From NCBI GenBank assembly GCA_934101145.1, contig CAKOPZ010000004.1, forward strand, positions 11,652 through 75,651: a stretch of DNA of 64,000 nt. Reading direction: 5' to 3'. This DNA is from an uncultured Clostridia bacterium. GTDB lineage: Bacteria > Bacillota > Clostridia > TANB77 > CAG-508. Below are positions 28,011 through 37,842 of the stretch, one piece after another (positions within the stretch are counted from its first letter, which is position 1; each line of letters starts with the position of its first letter). The notes below the pieces were generated by a model that saw nothing but the letters and a program-made list of their open reading frames with translations, was not told the DNA's origin and ran no database searches. Position numbers and translations under genes: made by a program.

Positions 28011-29249
28011 TTATTTAGTAATATATTTTTCAAATGTCTTGTATGCTTTTTTTAGTGCTTCTACAAGCTTGTCTACATCTTCTTTGTTATTATAGAAATA
28101 GAAGCTCGCTCTACAGGTTGAATCTATTCCTAAAAATCTCATAAGAGGTTGTGCACAGTGATTTCCTGAACGAACACATACACTGCATGAATCTAAAATA
28201 CTTGCCACATCATGTGGGTGAATGCCACGAATATTAAAAGATATTACTGCAGAATGATTTTGGCGATTTTTTGTAGTATATAAATCTATAAATTCAAGTT
28301 TAGAAAGCTCATCAAGTGCATAATTTACAACAGATTCTTCTATTTCTTGAATTGTATCATATCCTACTTGATTTATATAATCTATCGCAGCGCCAAGTCC
28401 AACAACGCCTTCAACATTTTGCGTTCCAGCTTCAAATTTGTTTGGAAGTGGGGCAAAGGTGGTATCTTGTTCATATACATATTCTATCATATCTCCACCC
28501 ATTAAAAATGGAGGCATTTTGTTTAATAATTCTTCTTTTCCATATAGTACACCAATACCAAGAGGTGCAAGCATTTTGTGACCTGAAAAAACAACGAAAT
28601 CTGCATCAAGTTCTTGTACATCAATTTTCATATGAGGTATGCTTTGAGAAGCATCCAAAACAACAACTGCACCTTTTTTATGTGCATAATCTATAATTTC
28701 TTTTACAGGATTTATTGTTCCAAGTACATTTGAAACATGAGTAATACCAACTATTTTTGTTTTGTCTGTTATTTTTTCTTTTACTTCATCAATAGAAAGT
28801 TCAAAATTATCGTTTATATACATATATGATAATTTGCTTTCAGTTTGTTTAGTTACAAATTGCCATGGAACAAGGTTTGAGTGATGCTCCATTATTGAAA
28901 TTACTACTTCATCATCTTTTTTTAAATTTGTAAGTCCATAAGAATATGCAATTAAATTTAATGATTCGCTTGCATTTTTTGAAAAAATAATCTGTTCTGC
29001 TTTAGGAGCATTGATGAATTTTGCAATTTTTGCTCTTGTATTTTCGTACTCATTTGTAGCATCAATGCTTAAAGAATATGCACCTCTGTGAGGGTTGGCA
29101 TTATTTTTTTTATAAAAATTGTCTATTGCATCTATTACTTGAATTGGTCTTTGTGTAGTTGCACCACTGTCTAAATATACAATATCTCTATTTTCAAAAA
29201 TAGGGAAGTCTTTTCTTAAATCTTTATTATTCAAAAATTTTTCCTCCAA
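28011..29249 (-). CDS. sufS: Cysteine desulfurase SufS
   Basis: Class V aminotransferase with SGHKM (PLP Lys) and RSGNHCAQP active-site Cys. Confidence 0.9.
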   Translation of the reverse strand: MEEKFLNNKDLRKDFPIFENRDIVYLDSGATTQRPIQVIDAIDNFYKKNNANPHRGAYSLSIDATNEYENTRAKIAKFINAPKAEQIIFSKNASESLNLIAYSYGLTNLKKDDEVVISIMEHHSNLVPWQFVTKQTESKLSYMYINDNFELSIDEVKEKITDKTKIVGITHVSNVLGTINPVKEIIDYAHKKGAVVVLDASQSIPHMKIDVQELDADFVVFSGHKMLAPLGIGVLYGKEELLNKMPPFLMGGDMIEYVYEQDTTFAPLPNKFEAGTQNVEGVVGLGAAIDYINQVGYDTIQEIEESVVNYALDELSKLEFIDLYTTKNRQNHSAVISFNIRGIHPHDVASILDSCSVCVRSGNHCAQPLMRFLGIDSTCRASFYFYNNKEDVDKLVEALKKAYKTFEKYITK

Positions 29250-29251
29250 TA

Positions 29252-30304
29252 TTATGATAATTTTTCATCTATTTTGCTAAGTATTTCAGTTTTTAAATCT
29301 TCATCAGGTATTGTTTCTATTATGTTGTTAAAACGGGCACGTACTATCATTTTTATAGCGTCTTTGTAGCAAATCCCTCTGCTCATAATATAAAATAGAG
29401 TTTCTTTATTTGCCTTGCCAGAAGCTGTTGAATGATTTCCTTCTACATCAGATTCTGTGCAAAGTAGCATAGGAAGTGCCTTTGATTTTGCTGTATTTGA
29501 AAGTAGCATACAATATTCGTTTTCATTTCCTTTTGATTTTTTGCAACCTTTTTTGAAATCGATTGTTCCTTTAAAATTCTTTTTTGCATTGCCATCTAAG
29601 GCGCCTTGAACATCAATATCAATTTGAGATTTTACACCTTTTAGATGAGCAATATAGTTTATATCTTTTACTTGATTTTCAGTTCCTAAATAAATTGTTT
29701 TTAAATTATTATTTGCATTTTCTCCAATAATATTTGTAAAATAGTTAGAAACACTATATTTACCGCCAATATCAATTATTGTGTAATTAACATTACTATT
29801 TGTATCTAAAGTATTTTCTATTGCATCAAAATTGTGTGATAAATTATTTAAAAGATTAACTACAACAATATTTACATTAGAATTTTCATTTGCAAATAAT
29901 CTAATAATTCCATTATGGAAGCAAGGCTTGTTAGTTTTGGAATTATATGTGATTATAATATTTGAACTGCCATTTGCAAAAATGTCAATATTGTTAATAA
30001 GTGATAGGTTATTATCATCAAATGTGTAATTTATTTTTATAGTTTCATCTGATGTAGTAAGCTTAGCTCTATGGTTTGCACATTTTTTAACATTCTCTTC
30101 TAAAACATCACCATTTCCATATGTTAAATTATCACTTGAAAAATCAGACTCAATCTTACTGCTTTTGCATATTATTTTTGCATTTTCAAATTTTCTTAAG
30201 TTTGTAGGTATTTCTAAATCTTCAAGAGTAATATTGTTTATTTGAAAATTAATTGATGTTCTTACAGGTGTTTCATTTATAGTTAAATTTTTCATATTAT
30301 CCAA
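29252..30304 (-). CDS. sufD: Fe-S assembly protein SufD
   Basis: SufB/D beta-helix family, shorter than its SufB paralog, in operon position. Confidence 0.8.
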   Translation of the reverse strand: MDNMKNLTINETPVRTSINFQINNITLEDLEIPTNLRKFENAKIICKSSKIESDFSSDNLTYGNGDVLEENVKKCANHRAKLTTSDETIKINYTFDDNNLSLINNIDIFANGSSNIIITYNSKTNKPCFHNGIIRLFANENSNVNIVVVNLLNNLSHNFDAIENTLDTNSNVNYTIIDIGGKYSVSNYFTNIIGENANNNLKTIYLGTENQVKDINYIAHLKGVKSQIDIDVQGALDGNAKKNFKGTIDFKKGCKKSKGNENEYCMLLSNTAKSKALPMLLCTESDVEGNHSTASGKANKETLFYIMSRGICYKDAIKMIVRARFNNIIETIPDEDLKTEILSKIDEKLS

Positions 30305-31694
30305 TAGCTCCTTCCAATTCTAGATTTATCAAATTATTCATTTCTGCTGCATATTCAACAGGTAATTCTTTTGAAATAGGGTAGGCAAATCCCCTAACTA
30401 TCATAGCTTTTGCGTCTTCTTCTGAAAGACCACGGCTCATAAGATAGAATATTTCTTTATCACTTATTTTACCAATTGTAGCTTCATGTGAAAATTCTAC
30501 ATCATCATTTCTTATATCATTTGTAGGAATTGTGTCAGATCTAGAAATGTCATCAAGCATTAAAGATTCACAGCTTACACTACATTTTGAGCCTTTGGCA
30601 TTTTCTCCAATTCGAACCAAAGCTCTATATGTGCAAGAACCACCATCTTTTGAAATTGATTTAGAATTTACAACAGAAGATGTATTAGGGAAGTTGTGAA
30701 CAACTTTAAATCCTGTATCAAGGTTTTGTCCTTTTCCGGCAAATGTAATACCTGTGTATTCTGTTTTTGCACCTTCTCCATTTAAAATACTCATAGGGTA
30801 TAGCATAGATACTTTAGAACCAAAAGAACCTGTAACCCAGTCTATTTGAGCGTTTTTACCAACAATTGCTTTTTTTGTATTTAAATTCATCATGTTTTTA
30901 GACCAGTTTTCAATTGTAGAATATCTTAAATATGCATTATCTTTTACATATAGTTCAACACAGCCTGCGTGAAGATTTACTTTGTTATATTTAGGAGCAG
31001 AACATCCTTCTATAAAATGAAGATTTGCACCTTCATCAACAATTATAAGTGTATGTTCAAATTGTCCAGATTCTGGTGAGTTAAGTCTAAAGTATGATTG
31101 CAAAGGAAAGTCAAGTTTTACTCCCTTTGGAATATATACGAAAGAACCGCCAGACCATACTGCTGCATGAAGTGCAACAAATTTGTGATCTGTTACAGGC
31201 ACACATTTCATAAAATGTTCTTTTACAATTTCAGGGTATTCCTTTACAGCAGTATCCATATCTGTGTAAATAACACCTTGTTTTTTCAAGTCCTCTTTCA
31301 TACTATGATATACAACTTCAGAATCATATTGAGCTCCAACACCTGCAAGAGATTTTTTTTCAGCCTCAGGTATTCCTAAACGATCAAAAGTATCTTTTAT
31401 ATCTTCTGGAACATCGTCCCAGTTGTCATTTAAATTTGTTTTAGGCTTTACGTATGTTGCAATTTCATCCATATTTAGTTCTGATAAATCAGGTCCCCAT
31501 GTAGGAAGGCTAAGTTTGAAATAAGCATCAAGAGCCTTTAGTCTAATATCAAGCATCCAACTAGGCTCGTCCTTTTGCTTAGATATTTCTCTAACTATAT
31601 CTTCATTTAATCCTTTTTGCATTTTGAAAGCATATTTATCTGAATTTTTAATATCGTATATATTTCTATTAATATCATCTATTTTAGTTTTCAT
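30297..31694 (-). CDS. sufB: Fe-S assembly protein SufB
   Basis: 465-aa SufB with typical C-terminal ..HEATIGKISDKEIFYLMSRGLSEEDA. Confidence 0.9.
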   Translation of the reverse strand: MKTKIDDINRNIYDIKNSDKYAFKMQKGLNEDIVREISKQKDEPSWMLDIRLKALDAYFKLSLPTWGPDLSELNMDEIATYVKPKTNLNDNWDDVPEDIKDTFDRLGIPEAEKKSLAGVGAQYDSEVVYHSMKEDLKKQGVIYTDMDTAVKEYPEIVKEHFMKCVPVTDHKFVALHAAVWSGGSFVYIPKGVKLDFPLQSYFRLNSPESGQFEHTLIIVDEGANLHFIEGCSAPKYNKVNLHAGCVELYVKDNAYLRYSTIENWSKNMMNLNTKKAIVGKNAQIDWVTGSFGSKVSMLYPMSILNGEGAKTEYTGITFAGKGQNLDTGFKVVHNFPNTSSVVNSKSISKDGGSCTYRALVRIGENAKGSKCSVSCESLMLDDISRSDTIPTNDIRNDDVEFSHEATIGKISDKEIFYLMSRGLSEEDAKAMIVRGFAYPISKELPVEYAAEMNNLINLELEGAIG

Positions 31695-31698
31695 AATA

Positions 31699-32445
31699 TT
31701 ATCCTTTCAATGTTTTGTATTTTGCATATCCATTTTCTTCGATTTCTTTTGCAAGTTCTGGTCCGCCAGTTTTTACAATTTTTCCATCAACTAAAATATG
31801 AACATAATCTACTTTTAAATTTTCTAATATACGTGTGTTGTGTGTGATTATTAAAACAGCATTTTCCTCTGTTTTGTATAAACTAATTCCCTTTGATACT
31901 GTTTTTATTGCGTCAACGTCAAGACCAGAATCTGTTTCGTCTAGAATTGCAAGTTTTGGCTCTAATACAAGCATTTGCAAGATTTCATTTTTCTTTTTTT
32001 CACCACCAGAAAAACCAACATTTAGGTTTCTGTCAATTAATTTTGGATTCATATTTAATTCTTGAATATGAGATGAAATTGTATCTTTAAATGCAAATAA
32101 TTTTACAGGTTTTTCTGTAATTTTTCCTTTAGCATATTTCAAGAAATTTAGAGTTGATATTCCTGGAATTTCTTCAGGAGATTGAAAAGACATAAATACA
32201 CCTTTTTTTGCAATTTTATCAGTTGTAAGGGAAGTGATGTCCTCTGAATCAAATGTTATACTTCCAGATTTTTTTGTATATGCTGGGTTGTTAAAAATAA
32301 CATTTGCAAGTGTAGATTTTCCTGCACCATTTGGTCCCATGATAACATGAGTTTCACCTTTGTTTATTGTTAAATTAAGACCTTTTAAAATTTCTTTATC
32401 TTCTGCATTTGCATATAAATCTTTTATTTCTAATAGGTTTTCCAT
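31699..32445 (-). CDS. sufC: Fe-S assembly ATPase SufC
   Basis: ABC ATPase with Walker A GPNGAGKST and signature FSGGEKK. GGAGG precedes ATG 32445 (the track start 32457 overlaps the RBS). Confidence 0.9.
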   Translation of the reverse strand: MENLLEIKDLYANAEDKEILKGLNLTINKGETHVIMGPNGAGKSTLANVIFNNPAYTKKSGSITFDSEDITSLTTDKIAKKGVFMSFQSPEEIPGISTLNFLKYAKGKITEKPVKLFAFKDTISSHIQELNMNPKLIDRNLNVGFSGGEKKKNEILQMLVLEPKLAILDETDSGLDVDAIKTVSKGISLYKTEENAVLIITHNTRILENLKVDYVHILVDGKIVKTGGPELAKEIEENGYAKYKTLKG

Positions 32446-32499
32446 AATTTCCTCCATCTATATATAATCTTATCAAAATCTAAAAAAATATTCATACTA

Positions 32500-32540
32500 A
32501 CTAAGTAGGAATTATACCATAAAATATCCTACTTAGTCAA
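32500..32540 (-). promoter_or_regulatory. suf promoter with overlapping palindromic operator
   Basis: Minus strand: TTGACT (32540-32535), 18 nt, TGgTATAAT (-10 at 32516-32511). Perfect 11-bp inverted repeat ACTAAGTAGGA-16 nt-TCCTACTTAGT (32500-32537) covers the -35 and the start site. Confidence 0.55.
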
Positions 32541-32877
32541 TAGGAATTAAGCAGAATCCAAGGATATGTTACTGTTTACTGATTTTTAAATTCTTTGGGA
32601 AGAATTACACAATGAAAATTTTAATTCCGTGGAATCACACAGAATTAAAATTGATTAAGTTGGTAGTATATTATTCCTACTGAAAAAATTATTTGTATAT
32701 GCAGAAGAATATATGTTATTAGAAGAAAACAATAATGATAACATTAAAATAAAATTTATATGAAGTAGATTTAAATTAAACATGTTTTAAGATAATTTTT
32801 AAAGACTTATTATGTTTTATTGATTTTATCATCATTGTTGGTAATATATAATAAAAAGCATTATTCATGTATTTTTT

Positions 32878-32966
32878 TGTATATTATACACTGGAATTGT
32901 CCTATTAAAATTATTATAAAAAATTAGAGACTTCTTTTGTTAACATATTTCACTCGAGAAAATGTT
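32878..32966. repeat. 89-bp direct repeat, copy 1 (decayed sigma-start / membrane-gene-end junction)
   Basis: Roughly 80% identical, without gaps, to 35424-35512. It carries a stop-interrupted remnant (GTG Y N I Q K N T stop). Confidence 0.8.
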
Positions 32967-32983
32967 ACATAATGTTAAATTAG

Positions 32984-33502
32984 TTAGTTACAATGTGATA
33001 TTTTTTTAAGAATAGTAATAATAATTATCTTTGGAGTTGGTTTTGTATCAACATTATATGAAAAATAATTTTGTAAAATTTCAAAAGGAGTTTCTGCATA
33101 CATAAAATTTGTAGCTTTAATTATATTGTTTTTTATATTCACAACTGATTTTTTATATTTTCGAGCTATAAAAGAATAAACATCACGTTCTAAATTTATT
33201 TCAAGGTTTGGATAAGTTTTATTAATAAACATGATAGCTTCATACAAGTATTGGGTACCAATATGCTTTATATTAAAGCCAATATATAATAATTCATTTA
33301 TAATTTTTTGCTCTTCGGAAATTTTAGAGCAATGAATGGACATATTATTGTATATATGTAATGAATCTGGAATAACATCTATAGGAATGTTTAACTTTGT
33401 GAATTTGTTGGTAAATACATTTAAGGTAAAAAAATCGCAATTGTTTTTTTCTAAATATTTTATAATTTTTTCAATATCTGCTAGTACATATATTTTTCTC
33501 AT
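32984..33502 (-). CDS. Spo0A C-terminal-domain-like DNA-binding protein with truncated receiver
   Basis: GFNIKHIGTQYLYEAIMFI.., VYSFIARKY.. and KPTPKIIIITILKKI align with Spo0A in this window ([39 protein letters not shown]). The N-terminus is only ~55 aa. Confidence 0.6.
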   Translation of the reverse strand: MRKIYVLADIEKIIKYLEKNNCDFFTLNVFTNKFTKLNIPIDVIPDSLHIYNNMSIHCSKISEEQKIINELLYIGFNIKHIGTQYLYEAIMFINKTYPNLEINLERDVYSFIARKYKKSVVNIKNNIIKATNFMYAETPFEILQNYFSYNVDTKPTPKIIIITILKKISHCN

Positions 33503-33716
33503 TTATTTCCTCCATATTTATAATATAAGTGACATAAAAAAATAATTTGTTACATAAATTTTATTCTTTTTTATTCTTGTATTGATTTTTAAAAACAAAG
33601 TTGGTAAAATTTTTCTGAAATTTAATATTTTTTGTCTACATTATATAATGTATTTTTTGCATTATATTTACTGTAGAATAGTGTAAGGATATTTATTATT
33701 AAGGAGGAATTTTTTC

Positions 33717-34187
33717 ATGAAGATTAAAAAGAACAATGGAGTCCTTAGTGTAGTATTTACACTTGTTATGATTTTTTCGTTAATGAGTGGTTCTACAGCA
33801 ATTGCTGCGGAAGTCCCACAGGAAAGTTCCGCAGCAATTGTAAGTGCATCAGTTGAGAATGAAGTTCAGCCACGGGGAACGTTAAGTGGATATGGTTCAA
33901 CAACTGTTACAAAAACAAGTGGAAAAAAGACTTTTAATGTACCGGTATCTGGAAATTATAGTACAGGTGCTGGAATGACTTTGAAAACATCCGGAAACAG
34001 TGACGCCTTTGGATATATTACAGTATATAAACCGGATGGAAGTGTTTACAAGAATCAGGTTAACATGACGGGAAACCAAGAAAGAAAATTTCAGTTGTAC
34101 TTTGTAAAAGGAGGAACATATAAAGTTGAGGTGGATTTTTATGTTCCATCTGGAAGTGTTACAGCACAATGCTGGATTTATGCATAA
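33717..34187 (+). CDS. Secreted 156-aa protein of unknown function
   Basis: Signal peptide ..SGSTAIA|AEVP and a beta-rich mature part. It is visibly GC-richer than its neighbours. Confidence 0.6.
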   Translation: MKIKKNNGVLSVVFTLVMIFSLMSGSTAIAAEVPQESSAAIVSASVENEVQPRGTLSGYGSTTVTKTSGKKTFNVPVSGNYSTGAGMTLKTSGNSDAFGYITVYKPDGSVYKNQVNMTGNQERKFQLYFVKGGTYKVEVDFYVPSGSVTAQCWIYA

Positions 34188-34219
34188 ATAAGAAATGATA
34201 CTAGGAATCCTTACACTAT

Positions 34220-34246
34220 AAAGGGAGTGATTTTATCACTCCCTTT
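34220..34246. terminator. Bidirectional terminator
   Basis: AAAGGGAGTGA-tttta-TCACTCCCTTT between convergent genes. Confidence 0.7.
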
Positions 34247-34248
34247 AA

Positions 34249-34959
34249 TTAATATATTTCAATAATTTTATCATCATCATTTTCAAGCATTTCATTTAAG
34301 ATTTGCTCTTTATTTGAATTTTCAAAGCTAATGTTGTATGAATATGAATTATTATTATGTTGTAAATTTGATATTTTACTATTGCTAATATCTAAAAATT
34401 TCGCAAGTTGGTTTGTCATATCATTAATATATTGTTTAGTTACCCCATGTACAATTAATTTGTAATTTTGAATTTTATTTGTAGATTCATCTAATTGTAA
34501 TATGTATATTTTGGTATAATTTTTTTCGTTTTCAGATATTTCAGAGTCAGTTATTGTTTGTGTAGCAACATAATATGAAACATTAGAAGATGAATAATTA
34601 TAACCAAATATTGAGTGAAATATATCTATATTACCATTTTCGTCTATTATCCATAAATAATTAGGTATTATAAAAATAACTATAATAATTGTCAAAATAA
34701 TTGTAATTATCAATAATGAAATTGCACTTCTTTTAAAAATAGTATTTTTCTTATTTATCTTTTTTAAAAAATCAATTTCTTTTTCTTCATAGATATCTTT
34801 TAATAATAATTCACCATTCATATTTTTTAGAGTGTTTGCACAATTTGGACAATTTTTGATATGATTTTTAATATAATCATTTGTTGCACGTGAAGTCAAA
34901 CTTTCAATGTAATTTGGTAATAAATCTTTTACAATTTCACAATCATTTTTAGAACTCAT
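34249..34959 (-). CDS. Anti-sigma factor (zf-HC2, single TM)
   Basis: N-terminal C.....H...C..C zinc motif (CEIVKDL..HIKNCPNC) and a central TM. It overlaps the sigma gene by 11 nt. Confidence 0.75.
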   Translation of the reverse strand: MSSKNDCEIVKDLLPNYIESLTSRATNDYIKNHIKNCPNCANTLKNMNGELLLKDIYEEKEIDFLKKINKKNTIFKRSAISLLIITIILTIIIVIFIIPNYLWIIDENGNIDIFHSIFGYNYSSSNVSYYVATQTITDSEISENEKNYTKIYILQLDESTNKIQNYKLIVHGVTKQYINDMTNQLAKFLDISNSKISNLQHNNNSYSYNISFENSNKEQILNEMLENDDDKIIEIY

Positions 34960-35437
34960 TTGAATTATCCTCCTTTAATTTTTCTTTTCCTCTATAAAAT
35001 GTTATTCTAGCCCAAGCTTCAGATTTTCCCATTAACAAACCAATTTCTTTAAAACTCAAATCACCACAAATCCTAAATAAAATTACTTTTTTTGTTGTAA
35101 TATTTAATGAATCAATTTGTTCATACAATTTTTCTTTTAAAATCTTATCGACTATGCAAGTTTCTAAATCAGAAGTAATATCAGATACTGATTCAAAATT
35201 TTCTATAGGAATTTTAGTTTTTTCTTTTTTTAAATGCTTGTACCATAAAAATTTAGCAATTTGACATAGCCAAACTGATAATTTACAGTTTCCTTGAAAT
35301 TTATCAATGCTTTTGATTGCACAGAAAAAAGTTTCTTGGGTTAAATCTTCAGATAATTCTACATTGTTAGTAATACATAATAAAAAGTTATATACTGTTT
35401 TTGAGTATTCTTCATATATTTTCTGTATATCATACAC
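34949..35437 (-). CDS. ECF-type sigma-70 family sigma factor
   Basis: Region 2 (..DLTQETFFCAIK..) and region 4 (..SFKEIGLLMGKSEAWARITFYRGKEKL). GTG start with GGAGGA 8 nt upstream. Confidence 0.8.
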   Translation of the reverse strand: MYDIQKIYEEYSKTVYNFLLCITNNVELSEDLTQETFFCAIKSIDKFQGNCKLSVWLCQIAKFLWYKHLKKEKTKIPIENFESVSDITSDLETCIVDKILKEKLYEQIDSLNITTKKVILFRICGDLSFKEIGLLMGKSEAWARITFYRGKEKLKEDNSNEF

Positions 35438-35512
35438 CGAAATTGTCCTCCTAAAATTAGTATAAAGAATTAGCTTCTTCTTTTGTTAACATATTTGACT
35501 CAAGAAAATGTT
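35424..35512. repeat. 89-bp direct repeat, copy 2 (functional junction)
   Basis: It spans the sigma-factor start and the 3' end of the small membrane-protein gene. Partner of 32878-32966. Confidence 0.8.
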
Positions 35513-35696
35513 CAATTATATTTTGTCTTAAAGTTTTATCTTCAATAGCTTGAATTTTTTGCTTAACTTCGTTTTTGGCGTTTGAATCTATTGGAAATAG
35601 GTGTGAACTTAGATAATTGTATGTACCAATAGCAATTATTAAGATTAATAAAAAAATTACAACAAAAATAATAAATGATTTTACACTCTTTTTCAT
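35457..35696 (-). CDS. Small single-TM protein (79 aa)
   Basis: AGGAGG lies upstream of ATG 35696 (MKKSVKSFIIF..). The longer track ORF has no RBS. Confidence 0.5.
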   Translation of the reverse strand: MKKSVKSFIIFVVIFLLILIIAIGTYNYLSSHLFPIDSNAKNEVKQKIQAIEDKTLRQNIIEHFLESNMLTKEEANSLY

Positions 35697-35801
35697 TGCG
35701 GACACCTCCTTATATTTTATATATAAGTACATTTGAATTAATAAAATGTTACAAAAAATCATGCCAAGATTATAAAAAAAATTTGGCATGATTTAAATAT
35801 T

Positions 35802-37643
35802 CTATTCTACAGTTACAGATTTTGCAAGATTTCTTGGTTTATCAACATCTAGACCTTTATTTTTTGAAATATAGTAGGCAAGAAGTTGAAGTGGAACTAC
35901 TGCTAAAATAGGTGAAAGTAGTGGATTTGTATCAGGTATATTTATTACATAATTAAAATGAGTATTTGGAAGTATTTTGTTTGTTATAACAAGAGTTTTT
36001 GCTCCTCTTGTAATTACTTCCTGCATATTACTAATTGATTTTTCAATCAATTTTTCATCTGTGATAATTCCTATTACTGTCACATCATTCTCAATAAGTG
36101 CAATAGGTCCATGTTTTAATTCTCCTGCGGCATATGCATCAGAGTGAATATATGATATTTCTTTTAATTTAAGAGATCCCTCCAAAGAAGTAGAATAATC
36201 AGTTCCACGACCTAGGAAAAACATATCTTTTTCTGTGTATACTTTTTTAGCAAATTCTTTTATAACAGATGTATCATCCAAAATTGTTTCAATTTTTGAA
36301 GGCAAATCTAATATGTCAGATTTTAGAACTTCAATCTCATCTTGACTGCATCTTTCAAGTATTTCTGCAAAGTGAAGTGCAAGTATTGCTAAAAGCACAA
36401 CTTGTGATGTGTATGCTTTTGTTGATGCAACTGCAATTTCAGGTCCGGCATGTGTATATATAACATAATCTGCTTCTCTTGTAATTGAGCTACCTATAAC
36501 ATTTGATATAGCAAGAGTTTTTGCACCTTGTGATTTTGCAAGTTTTAATGCAGCAATTGTATCTGCAGTTTCTCCAGATTGACTTATATAAATACACAAT
36601 GTTTTTTCATCAATTAGAGGTTCTCTGTATCTAAATTCTGATGCAATGTCAACTATTACTGGAATTTTGCATAATCTCTCTAAAATTGTTTTACCTGCAA
36701 GGCCTGCATGCATTGCAGTTCCACAGGCTACAATATATATTTTATTTACAGAGTTTAAATATTCTTTTGAAATTTCTAAATCATTAAATGAACATTTTTC
36801 TCCAAGTTTAAATCTTGATCCAATTGTTTCTCTTACAGAAGTTGGTTGCTCAAAAATTTCTTTTAGCATAAAATCCTCATATCCGTCTTTTTGGGTAGAG
36901 TTTGCATCCCAATCAATATTTTTAATCGCTTTATTGTGAGCTGTAAGAGAATTATCATAAAAACTAACTTTATCTCTTGTAATTACAGCAAATTCATTGT
37001 CATCAGGTAGATAAAAGTTTTTTGTATGCTCTAAAATAGCAGGAATATCTGATGCAATAAAATTTTCACCTTCAGATGTTCCAATAACAAGTGGACTGTC
37101 TTTTCTTACTGCAATTATTTCGTCAGGAAATAGGGGAGAAATAACACCAAGTGAATAACTTCCTTTTAAATCGTCAACAGCTGATTTTACAGCACTTAAA
37201 AATTTATTTTCATGTGTTTGAACACCATTATGAAAATAGTAGTGTATTAAATTTGGTATTACTTCCGTATCTGTTTGAGATGAAAAAGAATATCCTTTAC
37301 TACTTAAAAAATTCTTTAAATCAATATAGTTTTCTATTATTCCATTATGGACTACGGCAAAGCTTTTGCTGTTATCCATATGTGGATGCGCATTTTCTTT
37401 TGATGGTTTTCCATGAGTTGCCCATCTTGTATGAGCAATACCAACTGTTCCGTTAAGTTCATTTATTCCATCAATATTATATAAATTATTTACTCTTCCT
37501 TTATCTTTTTTTACAGATATTTTGTCACCTTCAATTGTTGCAATTCCGGCTGAATCATATCCTCTATATTCAAGACATAATAAGCCATTAATTAGTATTG
37601 GTGTAGCCTTTTTACTACCTATGTATCCTACAATTCCACACAT
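35802..37643 (-). CDS. glmS: Glutamine--fructose-6-phosphate aminotransferase
   Basis: N-terminal MCGIVGY, two SIS domains, C-terminal ..KSVTVE. Confidence 0.95.
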   Translation of the reverse strand: MCGIVGYIGSKKATPILINGLLCLEYRGYDSAGIATIEGDKISVKKDKGRVNNLYNIDGINELNGTVGIAHTRWATHGKPSKENAHPHMDNSKSFAVVHNGIIENYIDLKNFLSSKGYSFSSQTDTEVIPNLIHYYFHNGVQTHENKFLSAVKSAVDDLKGSYSLGVISPLFPDEIIAVRKDSPLVIGTSEGENFIASDIPAILEHTKNFYLPDDNEFAVITRDKVSFYDNSLTAHNKAIKNIDWDANSTQKDGYEDFMLKEIFEQPTSVRETIGSRFKLGEKCSFNDLEISKEYLNSVNKIYIVACGTAMHAGLAGKTILERLCKIPVIVDIASEFRYREPLIDEKTLCIYISQSGETADTIAALKLAKSQGAKTLAISNVIGSSITREADYVIYTHAGPEIAVASTKAYTSQVVLLAILALHFAEILERCSQDEIEVLKSDILDLPSKIETILDDTSVIKEFAKKVYTEKDMFFLGRGTDYSTSLEGSLKLKEISYIHSDAYAAGELKHGPIALIENDVTVIGIITDEKLIEKSISNMQEVITRGAKTLVITNKILPNTHFNYVINIPDTNPLLSPILAVVPLQLLAYYISKNKGLDVDKPRNLAKSVTVE

Positions 37644-37674
37644 AAAAATCCCTCCTAGATATTAAATATCTAAA

Positions 37675-37842
37675 AAAGCATTACAAATAAAAGGCTATTC
37701 TATTAGTTTTGTATACTGATATTACTATCAGGTTTTTGCTAATATTTATGGCAATAACCTAAATGCCAGGAAACCATCCGCCGAATCTTTCGATAAGTTT
37801 CCATCCTCGTCAACACATATATTTTGTGTCCAGGCGCTTTTT
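37675..37842 (-). ncRNA. glmS ribozyme
   Basis: The minus strand reads AGCGCCTGGAC...GACGAGGATGGAAACTTATCGAAAGATTCGGCGGATGGTTTCCTGGC, matching the conserved glmS ribozyme core directly upstream of glmS. Confidence 0.85.

Noticed and set aside
32617-32652. 11-bp-stem hairpin AATTTTAATTC..GAATTAAAATT upstream of the suf promoter
   Set aside because: It is purely an A/T stem in an AT-rich spacer, with no associated gene end or promoter, so it is probably incidental.
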